Assembly: GCA_044374815.1 (NCBI GenBank)
Contig: JBILNU010000001.1
Coordinates: forward strand, 1 to 52,915
Direction: 5' to 3'
Origin: Flavobacterium sp.
Lineage (GTDB): Bacteria; Bacteroidota; Bacteroidia; Flavobacteriales; Flavobacteriaceae
DNA length: 52,915 nt
The notes below the pieces were generated by a model that was not told where the DNA came from, ran no database searches, and saw only the letters and a program-made list of their open reading frames with translations. The first letter of the stretch is position 1; each line of letters starts with the position of its first letter. Below are positions 38,252-48,500 of this stretch, piece after piece. The position numbers and the translations under genes were made by a program.

Positions 38252-39055
38252 TTATAACATCTTTTTATAAAAACTAGTATATGCTTCTGCAAATTTATCT
38301 TTCGGAGCGAAAGGTAAAAAAGGTTTTTTCGAAGATTCTATAAATTTTGTTAAACTTGGAGAAAGATTTTCTGAAGCAATAATCACCGCATCAGAATGTG
38401 CTATAGAAGTTTTAATAAGGTTTTCATAATTTGGTAATTCCAAATAAGAAATAGCCTCAGATGGAATTTGATCAAATTTGATTTTATTAACCATTTCTGC
38501 GTCTAAGCTTTCATCAAAAGATTGCCCATATACTGAAGTAACAATTTTTGTTTCTGAAAATAACGCTTCGTCTTTGTAAAAATGTTTCATGTAAACCGGA
38601 AGCATCGATGCCATCCAACCGTGAACATGAATAATATCGGGAACCCAATTTAATTTTTTTACGGTTTCAACTACTCCCTTTGCAAAGAAAATAGCACGCT
38701 CATCATTATCAGGATATAAAACACCATCTTCATCTGAAAAAGTTGCTTTTCTTTTAAAATACTCGTCATTATCAATAAAATAAACCTGTATTCTCTCTTT
38801 TGGAATGGAAGCCACTTTGATTATTAAAGGCATATCTACATCATTCACCACTAAATTCATTCCCGACAAACGAATAACCTCATGCAATTGGTGTCTTCTT
38901 TCATTTATATTTCCATACCTTGGCATAAAAATTCTAATTTGCCCCTCTTGATCATTTATCATTTTTGGCACGTCATAAGACATTAGAGAAACTTCATTCT
39001 CAGCCAAATAAGGCACTACCTCAGATGAAACATACAATATTCTCTTGTCCTTCAT
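38252..39055 (-). CDS. Glycogen/starch-synthase N-terminal-domain-only protein (GT5-like)
   Basis: ILYVSSEV.PY, IFMPRYG, YFIDN..YF.R, DNDER..FF, PDIIHVHGW; only 267 aa. Confidence 0.85.
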   Translation of the reverse strand: MKDKRILYVSSEVVPYLAENEVSLMSYDVPKMINDQEGQIRIFMPRYGNINERRHQLHEVIRLSGMNLVVNDVDMPLIIKVASIPKERIQVYFIDNDEYFKRKATFSDEDGVLYPDNDERAIFFAKGVVETVKKLNWVPDIIHVHGWMASMLPVYMKHFYKDEALFSETKIVTSVYGQSFDESLDAEMVNKIKFDQIPSEAISYLELPNYENLIKTSIAHSDAVIIASENLSPSLTKFIESSKKPFLPFAPKDKFAEAYTSFYKKML

Positions 39056-39162
39056 AAAAACTATTATTTACTTATTGGCAATAAAAAACAGGCAAAAATA
39101 CAAAAATTTATGCAGATAATCACTAAATTACTAAGTTTGTAACCTTTTTTAATCTATTAGAC

Positions 39163-40011
39163 ATGCTCATTTTTAATAACAAAGTAGAATTGACTCAACA
39201 CTTGCAGAGAATTTCTACTGCCAATTCAAGAATTGGTTTTGTCCCTACTATGGGCGCATTACACATGGGCCATTTGTCTTTATTAGAAATTTCAATTAAT
39301 AATAACAACCACACTGTAATTAGTATTTTTGTCAATCCAACTCAATTTAACAACCCAGAAGATCTTGAAAAATATCCGCGAACACTGGAGAAAGATATCG
39401 AAAAAATAAAATCAATTTCTTCGGAAATCTTAGTGTATGCACCATCAGTTGATGATATTTATGAAGGAAACACCACCTCTAAACAATTTGATTTTGATGG
39501 ATTAGAACACCAAATGGAAGGTAAATTTAGAGCTGGTCATTTTGACGGTGTTGGCACAGTTGTTAAACGGTTGTTCGAAATTGTAAAACCAAATAATGCC
39601 TATTTTGGAGAAAAAGATTTTCAGCAGCTGCAAATCATAAAAAAATTAGTAGAAAAAGAGAAGTTCCCTGTAACTATTATTGAATGTCCAATTTATAGAG
39701 AATCGAATGGCTTAGCCATGAGTTCGAGAAATGAGCGCCTTACCCAAGAAGAAAGAGAAAAGGCTTCAGTTATTTATAAAATTCTTAACGAAGCAAAAGC
39801 GCTTTTTTCAACCGAAAATTGCCAATCGGTTAGAGAATTTGTTTCTAAAGAATTTGAGAAAATTCCCAATTTTGAACTAGAATATTTTGAAATTGCCGAT
39901 GAAGAAACTTTAATTTCTTGCATTTCGAAAGAATCCCATAAAAATTATCGCGCATTTATTGCTGTTTTTGTCAATAAAATAAGATTGATTGATACTATTT
40001 CATTAAAATAA
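39163..40011 (+). CDS. panC: Pantoate--beta-alanine ligase
   Basis: VPTMGALH.GH, FVNPTQF, FGEKDFQQ, GLAMSSRN, RLID. Confidence 0.97.
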   Translation: MLIFNNKVELTQHLQRISTANSRIGFVPTMGALHMGHLSLLEISINNNNHTVISIFVNPTQFNNPEDLEKYPRTLEKDIEKIKSISSEILVYAPSVDDIYEGNTTSKQFDFDGLEHQMEGKFRAGHFDGVGTVVKRLFEIVKPNNAYFGEKDFQQLQIIKKLVEKEKFPVTIIECPIYRESNGLAMSSRNERLTQEEREKASVIYKILNEAKALFSTENCQSVREFVSKEFEKIPNFELEYFEIADEETLISCISKESHKNYRAFIAVFVNKIRLIDTISLK

Positions 40012-40025
40012 TTTAACTTTGCCCT

Positions 40026-40376
40026 ATGCAAATTCAAGTTGTAAAATCAAAAATTCATCGCGTTAAAGTTACTGGCGCTGATTTAAACTATATAGGTAGT
40101 ATCACTATCGACGAAGTATTAATGGAAGCTTCCAACCTAATTGAAGGTGAAAAAGTAGCTATTGTAAATATTAATAATGGAGAGCGTTTTGAAACGTATG
40201 CTATAAAAGGAGCAAGAAATTCAGGCGAGATTACCCTTAATGGACCAGCCGCTAGAAAGGTACATGCGGGTGACATCATCATCATTATTTCTTATGCCAC
40301 TTTAGACTTTGAAGAGGCAAAAACTTTCAAACCTTGGCTCGTTTTTCCTAATGAAAACGATAATTCCTTGAAATAA
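40026..40376 (+). CDS. panD: Aspartate 1-decarboxylase
   Basis: [14 protein letters not shown] autocleavage site, [14 protein letters not shown]. Confidence 0.97.
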   Translation: MQIQVVKSKIHRVKVTGADLNYIGSITIDEVLMEASNLIEGEKVAIVNINNGERFETYAIKGARNSGEITLNGPAARKVHAGDIIIIISYATLDFEEAKTFKPWLVFPNENDNSLK

Positions 40377-40379
40377 ACC

Positions 40380-41339
40380 TTGAAAGCTCAGCTAAGTAAA
40401 TGGTTATCAATTACAGTTCCTATTTTCTTAGGAATGCTCATCATTATATACCAATATAATAAATTTACCGAAGCCCAAATTCAGGAGATTGTTGGCTATT
40501 TCAAAAACGCTAATTATTTCTATGTTTTTCTATCGGTTATTGTTGGATTTATAGGAAACACTCTAAGAGCCTACCGATGGAAGTACATGTTGGATCATCT
40601 TGGTTATGATTCTACTTTTGCCAATAATTTCATGGCGGTAAATATAGGTTACTTATTGAATTTAACCGTTCCTAAATCGGGGGAGATTTCAAGAGCAGTA
40701 ATTGTAAAAAAATACAACGAAATACCATTTGACAAAGGATTTGGGACTATTGTTGCCGAAAGAATTATTGATATTTTCTTCTTGTTGTTTTTTATGCTAC
40801 TTGCGGTTGTTTTGCAATATGATGTAGTAAAATCTTTCATCATAGATAAAATTCCAATGCAACTTTTAGCAATTTTATTTATAGCTGGAACACTATCATT
40901 AATTGCCTTATTCTTGATTTACAAATATTCAAAAATCAAAATGGTATTGGTTTTTAAAGAAAAAATATCGGGCTTAAAAGAAGGGCTGTTGAGTGCATTT
41001 CACATGGAAAAAAAAGGGGCCTACTTTTTTCAAACCATTCTAATTTGGGTTTCTTACATGGTAACTTATTTTATTGCCACTAAGGTAATTCCTGAAACTT
41101 CTACACTAAGTGTAGGCGCAATAATCACCTCGTTTGTTGTAGGAAGTATAGCCATTGCTTTTACCAATAGCGGCTTTGGAGCCTACCCTTTCCTAACTTC
41201 TAAAATATTATTGTTCTATACCATTGCAGAACCAGCAGGTACTGCTTTTGGTTGGATTATTTGGACTTCACAAATGCTTTTAATCATATTTTTAGGAGTA
41301 CTTTCCTTTATTATGCTCCCTGTTGTAAATAGAAAATAA
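40380..41339 (+). CDS. Lysylphosphatidylglycerol-synthase-TM (flippase-like) membrane protein
   Basis: RAYRW, N..VP.SGE.SRA, GTIVAERIID, G.GAYP; TTG start. Confidence 0.82.
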   Translation: MKAQLSKWLSITVPIFLGMLIIIYQYNKFTEAQIQEIVGYFKNANYFYVFLSVIVGFIGNTLRAYRWKYMLDHLGYDSTFANNFMAVNIGYLLNLTVPKSGEISRAVIVKKYNEIPFDKGFGTIVAERIIDIFFLLFFMLLAVVLQYDVVKSFIIDKIPMQLLAILFIAGTLSLIALFLIYKYSKIKMVLVFKEKISGLKEGLLSAFHMEKKGAYFFQTILIWVSYMVTYFIATKVIPETSTLSVGAIITSFVVGSIAIAFTNSGFGAYPFLTSKILLFYTIAEPAGTAFGWIIWTSQMLLIIFLGVLSFIMLPVVNRK

Positions 41340-41400
41340 TTCTTATCTTGCTTGTTTTTAAAACGGGTTTGTTTTTTTGAATTACTAATTTAATATTTAC

Positions 41401-42546
41401 ATGAAAAAAGTCTTAATTATATTACTGTTTATTTTTGGGTCTTTTGGATACTCGCAAAAAATAAGTGATAGTGTTTTTGTTAAATCCCAAAATTTATACA
41501 GAGAACTTACCGTATCCATACCTCCATCATATAAAATAGATCCAAAAAGGACTTATCCGTTATTGTTTTTACTGGATGGTGATTACTTATTTGATCCATT
41601 TGAAGGAGCTATAAAATATGGTTACTATTGGGATGATTTACCTGAGTTAATCATTGTTGGTTTATCTCAAGATAAAGAACGAGATGCCGATTGCGCATTA
41701 GATGAAGCATCTGGATTGCCAGAAGGATCAGGAGCAGATTTTTTTGAATTCATTGGCGGGGAATTAATTCCGTATCTTCAAAAAAAATATAGAATCTCAC
41801 CATTTAAAATTATAGCAGGTCACGATGTTACGGCTAGCTTTCTTAATTTATATTTATATAAAGATGCCCCATTATTTAATGCTTACATTTCATTGAGTCC
41901 AGAACTTGGGCTAGAAATGGAAACTAGAATCGCAGAACGATTAGCAGGTTTTAAGCAAAATATTTTTTACTATCAATCGTCTTCAGATGGCGATATCAAA
42001 AAAATGAAAGAGAAAATTACGGCTTTGGATACCAATATTAAAGCAGTTGTAAATCCGAGTTTGAATTATAAATATGATGACTTCAAAGAAGCATCGCATT
42101 ATTCGCTTGTTTTGTATTCTATACCTAGTGCATTATATCATTTTTTTTCTACTTACCAACCTATTTCTACAACCGAATTTCAAGAAAAAATTGTAAAATT
42201 AGAATCGGGATATGTAAACTATTTAAAAAATAAATATGACATATTGGAAAAAACATTAAGTATTAAATTAAATATACGAATCAACGATTTTAAAGCTATT
42301 GAAGCAGCAATATTAAAGAATAAAGCATATCCAGAACTGGAACAATTAGCTCAACTTTCTCGTAAAATGTATCCAAAAACAATGCTTGGTGATTACCAAA
42401 TGGCCTTATTTTATGAGAATACAGGAGATTTAAAAAATGCTGCTCGTTATTACCTAAATGCTTTTCAGTTACAACCAGTTGGTAGTTTGACCAAAGACAT
42501 GATGCTAGATAAAGCTACAGAACTTAAAGCACAATTAAAAAAATAA
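41401..42546 (+). CDS. Exported IroE/Fes-like alpha/beta hydrolase with C-terminal helical region
   Basis: YPLLFLLDG, FFEFI..ELIPY, AGHD (Ser replaced by Asp), FNAYISLSP, SHYS. Confidence 0.8.
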   Translation: MKKVLIILLFIFGSFGYSQKISDSVFVKSQNLYRELTVSIPPSYKIDPKRTYPLLFLLDGDYLFDPFEGAIKYGYYWDDLPELIIVGLSQDKERDADCALDEASGLPEGSGADFFEFIGGELIPYLQKKYRISPFKIIAGHDVTASFLNLYLYKDAPLFNAYISLSPELGLEMETRIAERLAGFKQNIFYYQSSSDGDIKKMKEKITALDTNIKAVVNPSLNYKYDDFKEASHYSLVLYSIPSALYHFFSTYQPISTTEFQEKIVKLESGYVNYLKNKYDILEKTLSIKLNIRINDFKAIEAAILKNKAYPELEQLAQLSRKMYPKTMLGDYQMALFYENTGDLKNAARYYLNAFQLQPVGSLTKDMMLDKATELKAQLKK

Positions 42547-43904
42547 TGGCAAAACTGAAAACTTCATTTTTCTGCCAAAATTGTGGCACCCAATTTGCTA
42601 AATGGCAAGGACAATGCAATGCTTGCAAGGAGTGGAACACCATTGTGGAAGAAATAATTCAGAAAGAAGAAAAAAGTGGATGGAAGCCAACAACAGAAGT
42701 TAGAAAAGCAGCCAAACCTTTAAAAATTAAAGAAATAGATTCTTCACAAGAAGTGCGTTTAAACACACTTGATGGAGAATTAAATCGAGTGCTTGGAGGC
42801 GGAATTGTACCAGGATCTTTAACTCTACTTGGCGGTGAGCCCGGAATAGGAAAAAGTACTTTATTACTTCAAATTTCTTTAAAATTACCTTACAAAACTT
42901 TATACGTTTCGGGAGAAGAAAGTCAGAAGCAAATAAAAATGCGCGCCGAAAGAATTACCCCAAATGGCGATAATTGCTACATTTTAACCGAAACCAAAAC
43001 ACAAAATATTTTTCAGCAGATTCAAGAAATTAATCCTGAAATTGTAATTATAGATTCCATTCAAACGCTGCATACGGATTACATTGAATCGACTGCTGGA
43101 AGCATTTCTCAAATTAGAGAATGTACAGCCGAGTTAATCAAATTTGCCAAAGAAACAAATGTTCCTGTTATATTAATTGGACACATTACTAAAGATGGAA
43201 CCATTGCGGGACCAAAGATTTTAGAGCATATGGTAGATACCGTTTTGCAATTTGAAGGCGATCGAAATCATGTGTATCGAATTCTTCGCAGTTTAAAAAA
43301 CCGATTTGGGTCTACTGCAGAATTGGGGATTTATGAAATGTTAGGCTCTGGATTAAGAGAAGTTTCTAATCCATCCGAAATATTACTTTCGCACCGCGAA
43401 GAAGAACTTTCGGGAACCGCCATAGCCTCAACTCTAGAAGGCATGCGCCCGTTGATGATTGAAATTCAAGCTTTAGTATCAACAGCTGTTTATGGCACAC
43501 CACAACGAAGTACCACTGGATACAATGCTAAAAGATTGAACATGCTTTTAGCGGTTTTAGAAAAACGTGCCGGATTTCGATTAGGAACTAAAGATGTGTT
43601 CTTAAATGTTACCGGTGGAATATCGGTAGATGACCCTGCAATTGACTTAGCCGTTGTAGCTGCCATCTTATCTTCTAATGAAGATATAGCCGTTGGAAAA
43701 GACTTTTGTTTTGCAGGAGAAATTGGTCTTTCGGGGGAAATTCGTCCGGTAAACCGAGTGGAACAACGCATTCAAGAAGCCGAAAAACTTGGTTTTGCTA
43801 CTATATTTGTATCCAAATACAATAAAATTTCAATCAAAAATGCAATCATCAAAATTGTATTGGTTTCAAAAATAGAAGAAGTAGCCGAGCATTTATTTGG
43901 TTGA
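42546..43904 (+). CDS. radA: DNA repair protein RadA/Sms
   Basis: CQNCG..WQGQC..C zinc finger, GEPGIGKST, KNRFG, Lon-like C-terminal domain. Confidence 0.98.
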   Translation: MAKLKTSFFCQNCGTQFAKWQGQCNACKEWNTIVEEIIQKEEKSGWKPTTEVRKAAKPLKIKEIDSSQEVRLNTLDGELNRVLGGGIVPGSLTLLGGEPGIGKSTLLLQISLKLPYKTLYVSGEESQKQIKMRAERITPNGDNCYILTETKTQNIFQQIQEINPEIVIIDSIQTLHTDYIESTAGSISQIRECTAELIKFAKETNVPVILIGHITKDGTIAGPKILEHMVDTVLQFEGDRNHVYRILRSLKNRFGSTAELGIYEMLGSGLREVSNPSEILLSHREEELSGTAIASTLEGMRPLMIEIQALVSTAVYGTPQRSTTGYNAKRLNMLLAVLEKRAGFRLGTKDVFLNVTGGISVDDPAIDLAVVAAILSSNEDIAVGKDFCFAGEIGLSGEIRPVNRVEQRIQEAEKLGFATIFVSKYNKISIKNAIIKIVLVSKIEEVAEHLFG

Positions 43905-44000
43905 TAACACTAATTTTATTTTTATATTTTAATTAAGTCGTTATTGATTAATAATTTATAATTACTTTTAATAATTTTACAAATACTAAATCAAATAACT

Positions 44001-45374
44001 ATGAAAAATATTTTACTTATAGGTATGATAATAATGTCTTTTTTTGGCAATTCTCAAATCATATCCTTGACACAATTTGCAACTGGTTTTTCAAATCCAG
44101 TAGAAATTACTCATGCAGGTGACTCAAGATTATTTGTGGTACAACAAGGAGGGTTAATTAAAATATTAAATGCTAATGGAACAACAAATGCAACTCCCTT
44201 TTTAAATTTATCATCGATAATTAGTACGGGGGGCGAACGCGGATTATTGGGTTTGGCATTTCACCCAAACTATGCATCTAATGGTTATTTCTTTGTAAAT
44301 TATACCAATACAGCAGGAAATACGGTTATTGCAAGATATAGTGTTAGTGCAAATCCAAATGTTGCGAATACAACAGGAACAATATTAATGACCATAGCGC
44401 AACCTTTTACAAATCATAATGGTGGCACTATAAAATTTGGGGCTGATGGCTATTTATATATTGGCATGGGTGATGGAGGAAGTGGAGGTGACCCAGGAAA
44501 TCGATCTCAAAATATATTGGATAATCTAGGGAAAATGCTGCGTATAGATGTAAATTCATCGGCAGCACCATTTTATACAAATCCTGCCACAAATCCATAT
44601 ATTGGTATAGCTGGAAACGATGAAATTTGGGCAATTGGCCTAAGAAATCCTTGGAAATTTTCTTTTAACAGATTGAATGGTGATTTATGGATAGCTGATG
44701 TTGGACAGAATGCCATTGAGGAAGTTAATAAAATTTCAAGTCCGTTACCTAATTCAGGGATAAATTTTGGATGGCGTTGTTATGAAGGAAATTCAAACTA
44801 CAATACAACGGGATGTGCTCCTTCTAGCACCATGACATTCCCTTTTGTTCAATATTCTCGATCTGGAGGGGCCTGTTCGGTTACTGGAGGTTATGTTTAT
44901 ACTGGTACTTTATATCCCAATTTTCAAAATAAATACTTCTTTACCGACTATTGTGACGACAAAATTAGAATGATAAATAGTGCCGGGACAATTACTACAA
45001 CTTCTGCTTTCTCAGGAAATAATTTTGCCACTTTTGGTGAAGATGTTTCGGGCGAATTGTATGTAGCTGGAATTACCTCTGGAATTATTTTTAAGATTCA
45101 AGATGCTTCTTTTGGAACTTTGGATTATGAAATAAATGAATTTTCATTATTCCCAAACCCTGCCAAAAATTCTATTTCAATTAAATTATCTAACGATAAT
45201 CTAGCAACAAAAATTGCGATTTTCGATTTAACTGGCAAATTACTTTTATCTCAAAAATTAGAAAATAATCCGGAAAACACAATTTCAATAGCATCACTAA
45301 CTAAAGGCATTTATATGGTTTCCGTCGAAACCGAAAATGGAGTTAGTTATTCAAAAAAATTGATGATTGAATAA
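44001..45374 (+). CDS. PQQ-dependent sugar dehydrogenase-like (GSDH) beta-propeller with T9SS CTD
   Basis: GERGLLGLAFHP, NHNGG, GDGG, GLRNPW, DVGQ..EE, NFGW; FPNP...GIY...KKLMIE. Confidence 0.87.
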   Translation: MKNILLIGMIIMSFFGNSQIISLTQFATGFSNPVEITHAGDSRLFVVQQGGLIKILNANGTTNATPFLNLSSIISTGGERGLLGLAFHPNYASNGYFFVNYTNTAGNTVIARYSVSANPNVANTTGTILMTIAQPFTNHNGGTIKFGADGYLYIGMGDGGSGGDPGNRSQNILDNLGKMLRIDVNSSAAPFYTNPATNPYIGIAGNDEIWAIGLRNPWKFSFNRLNGDLWIADVGQNAIEEVNKISSPLPNSGINFGWRCYEGNSNYNTTGCAPSSTMTFPFVQYSRSGGACSVTGGYVYTGTLYPNFQNKYFFTDYCDDKIRMINSAGTITTTSAFSGNNFATFGEDVSGELYVAGITSGIIFKIQDASFGTLDYEINEFSLFPNPAKNSISIKLSNDNLATKIAIFDLTGKLLLSQKLENNPENTISIASLTKGIYMVSVETENGVSYSKKLMIE

Positions 45375-45387
45375 AAAAATTGAATTA

Positions 45388-46428
45388 TTACGGAGCAGGA
45401 TTCGGAATTAACTCTTGAATTTTATTAGTTTCAGAAAGGATTTCAGGCGATAAAACGACCTCAAAAGCCTCAATATTCTCTTTCAATTGTTCCATTGAGG
45501 TGGCTCCAATAATTGTTGAAGATACTACATTTTGCTGATTCACAAATGCTATTGCCATTTGAGCAAGTGTCAAATTATTTGCTTCGGCTAATTCTTTGTA
45601 TAATTTAATAGCTTTCGTGCAATTCTCACTTGTATATCTTGTAAACTGGGGAAATTTTGCCATTCGGTATTCAGGTTTAACTTCAGCCAAATATTTTCCA
45701 GAAAGTGATCCAAAACCAAGAGGTGAATAAGCTAATAAGCCCAGATTTTCTCGCATACAAACCTCAGAAAGTCCAACTTCATACAATCTGTTTAATAACG
45801 AATAGGGATTTTGAATCGTAGATATCCTTGGCAAAGTATGTTTTTCACTTTCTTGCAAAAAACGCATAACTCCATATGGGTTTTCATTTGAAACACCAAT
45901 GTTTTTTATTTTGCCTTCTTTAATCAATCCGTCAAAAATGGTTAAAACTTCGAAAATATTGTCTTCCCAATTGGTGTCAATTTGAGTTAACCCTCGTTGG
46001 CCAAACATGTTCATAATGCGCTCTGGCCAATGCATTTGATACAAATCAATAGTGTCGATTTGTAAATTTTTTAAACTCAAGTTTACTGCATCATGGATGC
46101 TTTTTTTAGAAAAATCTAACGGCTGACGAATATATTCCAAGCCGCGATTTGGACCTGCAATTTTCGTTGCAATTACCAATTTATCTCTTTCTGAAGAGCC
46201 AATTTTATGCAACCAACTCCCAATATGTCTTTCGGTACTTCCAACTATTTGAGCGTTTCCGCCAATAGGATACATTTCGGCAGTATCAATAAAATTTATG
46301 CCTTTGTCGATTGCATAATCCAACTGAGCATGCGCTTCGGCTTCGGTATTTTGATTACCAAAAGTCATAGTGCCCAGACAAATCGTACTAACTTTTAACT
46401 CGGAATTTGGAAGTAAGATATAATTCAT
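45388..46428 (-). CDS. Aldo/keto reductase (Tas-like)
   Basis: LGTMTFG, DTAEMY, IATK, DLYQMHWP, GVSNE, AYSPL; start MNYILL preferred. Confidence 0.92.
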   Translation of the reverse strand: MNYILLPNSELKVSTICLGTMTFGNQNTEAEAHAQLDYAIDKGINFIDTAEMYPIGGNAQIVGSTERHIGSWLHKIGSSERDKLVIATKIAGPNRGLEYIRQPLDFSKKSIHDAVNLSLKNLQIDTIDLYQMHWPERIMNMFGQRGLTQIDTNWEDNIFEVLTIFDGLIKEGKIKNIGVSNENPYGVMRFLQESEKHTLPRISTIQNPYSLLNRLYEVGLSEVCMRENLGLLAYSPLGFGSLSGKYLAEVKPEYRMAKFPQFTRYTSENCTKAIKLYKELAEANNLTLAQMAIAFVNQQNVVSSTIIGATSMEQLKENIEAFEVVLSPEILSETNKIQELIPNPAP

Positions 46429-46513
46429 TTGTAGAATAAAGAATTTGAATTGCAAAAGTACATTTTAAAAAAGACTTTAAATGGCTAACATTTGTTAAAC
46501 AAAATTAAAACAA

Positions 46514-46548
46514 TAAAAAAGACCCTAAGAAACTTAGAGCCTTTTTTT
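46514..46548 (-). terminator. Probable terminator after the OmpA/MotB gene
   Basis: Imperfect hairpin AAAAAAGacc CTAAG-aaa-CTTAG agc CTTTTTT. Confidence 0.6.
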
Positions 46549-46567
46549 ATTTAAAAATATTTAACTT

Positions 46568-47533
46568 TTAGAAGTCTTTTAACATTTTAGATATTTCATC
46601 TAATTTTGGAGTAAGAATAATTTCAATTCTTCTATTTTTAGCTTTCCCCTCTTGAGTATCATTACTCATTAGTGGTGCAAATTCTCCTCGGCCTGCTGCA
46701 GTAAGATTTTGTTTATTTATTCCTTTATTTTCCGAAAGGATATTTACAATTGCTGTTGCTCTTTTGGTAGATAAATCCCAGTTATTTTCAATTCCTCCAC
46801 CAAGATTTCCTGTGATTTTGTCATCATCTGTATGGCCTTCAATTAATACTGAAAGTTCCGGATTTTGAGCTAATACTTTTCCAACCTCAACTACGGCAGT
46901 TTTTCCCTCGCTATTTACTGCCCAACTTCCTGTTTGGAATAATAATTTGTTTTCCATAGAAACATATACTTTTCCATCTTTTTCATAAACGGTTAATCCT
47001 TTTCCGTCAAATGCTTTTAAAGATTTTAATAATGTTTCTTTCAGTTTTTTCATAGTTGCATCTTTGGCCGCTATGTATGCCTCTAATTCACTTAATCTTT
47101 TTGAGCTGGCTTCTAAATCGGCTTTTAATTTATTCAATCGCGCTTGTTCTGCAGCCATTGCTTTTTCTTTTGCTTCAAGCTGAGCTAACAATTCTCTGTT
47201 TTTATTTATGTTTGCCGTAAGCGCTTCATTACTGTCTTTTTCTAAAGCATTATATGAAGCTTGCAACGTTTTTAAACTCTTTTCGGTTGCAGCACAATTT
47301 GCTTGTAATTTTTCATAATCTGCTTTAAGCTTATCAAATTCTACCTTAAGCTTACTTCCATCAAGTTCTAATTGATTTTTAACTTTATTTAATTCTTCAT
47401 TATCATCAGCTAATTTTCGATTTTCTTTCTTTAAATCAGCAAATTTATTTTCTAAATCTTGGTATATTTTTTTAGATACACAAGAAGTAGAAAGTACTAA
47501 TACTAACAGTCCTAAGGAGATTTTTTTTATCAT
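46568..47533 (-). CDS. OmpA/MotB-family lipoprotein with long coiled coil
   Basis: Lipobox STSC; heptad coiled coil; EGHTD, NWDLSTKRA, NRRIEI. Confidence 0.9.
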   Translation of the reverse strand: MIKKISLGLLVLVLSTSCVSKKIYQDLENKFADLKKENRKLADDNEELNKVKNQLELDGSKLKVEFDKLKADYEKLQANCAATEKSLKTLQASYNALEKDSNEALTANINKNRELLAQLEAKEKAMAAEQARLNKLKADLEASSKRLSELEAYIAAKDATMKKLKETLLKSLKAFDGKGLTVYEKDGKVYVSMENKLLFQTGSWAVNSEGKTAVVEVGKVLAQNPELSVLIEGHTDDDKITGNLGGGIENNWDLSTKRATAIVNILSENKGINKQNLTAAGRGEFAPLMSNDTQEGKAKNRRIEIILTPKLDEISKMLKDF

Positions 47534-47573
47534 TTTTTGTTTAATTATATGTTAGAATTTGGGTGTTTAATTT

Positions 47574-48335
47574 TTAATTTATTTCCACCATTATTGGACA
47601 ATGGTCTGAATGTTTTGCTTCTGGTAAAATTACTGCTCGAATCATTCTTTCTTTTAAATTTTCGCTAACTAAATTGTAATCAATACGCCAACCTTTATTG
47701 TTTCCTCTTGCTCCTGCTCTATAGCTCCACCAAGAATAATTATGAGGCTCTTTATTAAAATGTCTAAAACTATCTATAAAGCCCGAATTTATAAATGCAT
47801 CAAGCCAAGCGCGCTCTTGAGGTAAAAATCCTGATACAGTTTGGTTACGAATTGGATCATGAATGTCTATTGCTTCATGGCAAATATTATAGTCCCCACA
47901 AATAACCAAATTTGGAGTGTCTTTTTTTAAATGCATTATATAATTGTGAAAATCATCCATGTATTTAAACTTATGTTCCAATCGATCAATATTTGTTCCT
48001 GACGGTAGATACAAACTCATAACCGATAAATTTTCAAAATCGGCTCTTAAATTTCTACCCTCAAAATCCATGTGATCAATTCCCGTGCCATAAACGATTT
48101 TTTGAGGTTCTATTTTAGATAAAATGGCAACCCCACTGTATCCTTTTTTAGTAGCAGGAAAATAATATTGAAAAGGGTAACCAGCAGCAGTAATATCATG
48201 AGTAGGTATTTGGTCTTCGGTAGCTTTTATTTCTTGTAAACAAATTACATCGGGGTTGGCTATTTGAAGCCATTCAAGAAATCCTTTTGTAATTGCAGCA
48301 CGAATACCATTTACATTGTAAGAAATGATTTTCAT
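47574..48335 (-). CDS. xth: Exodeoxyribonuclease III
   Basis: SYNVNGIRA, LQEIK, GYSGVA, GDYN, GWRIDY, SDHCP. Confidence 0.96.
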   Translation of the reverse strand: MKIISYNVNGIRAAITKGFLEWLQIANPDVICLQEIKATEDQIPTHDITAAGYPFQYYFPATKKGYSGVAILSKIEPQKIVYGTGIDHMDFEGRNLRADFENLSVMSLYLPSGTNIDRLEHKFKYMDDFHNYIMHLKKDTPNLVICGDYNICHEAIDIHDPIRNQTVSGFLPQERAWLDAFINSGFIDSFRHFNKEPHNYSWWSYRAGARGNNKGWRIDYNLVSENLKERMIRAVILPEAKHSDHCPIMVEIN

Positions 48336-48500
48336 TTTATTATTTTAGTTTTTCAAAAGTATGTAAAATTCATATATACTTTCTCTATTTATCTAAAATT
48401 ATAATATTTTTTTTACCTGTTGAGGATTTAATGATTTTTTGAAATTCCATTGCAATAGATTTACTATATTTGTTTCTTGTTCACATAAGAAAAATTGTAA

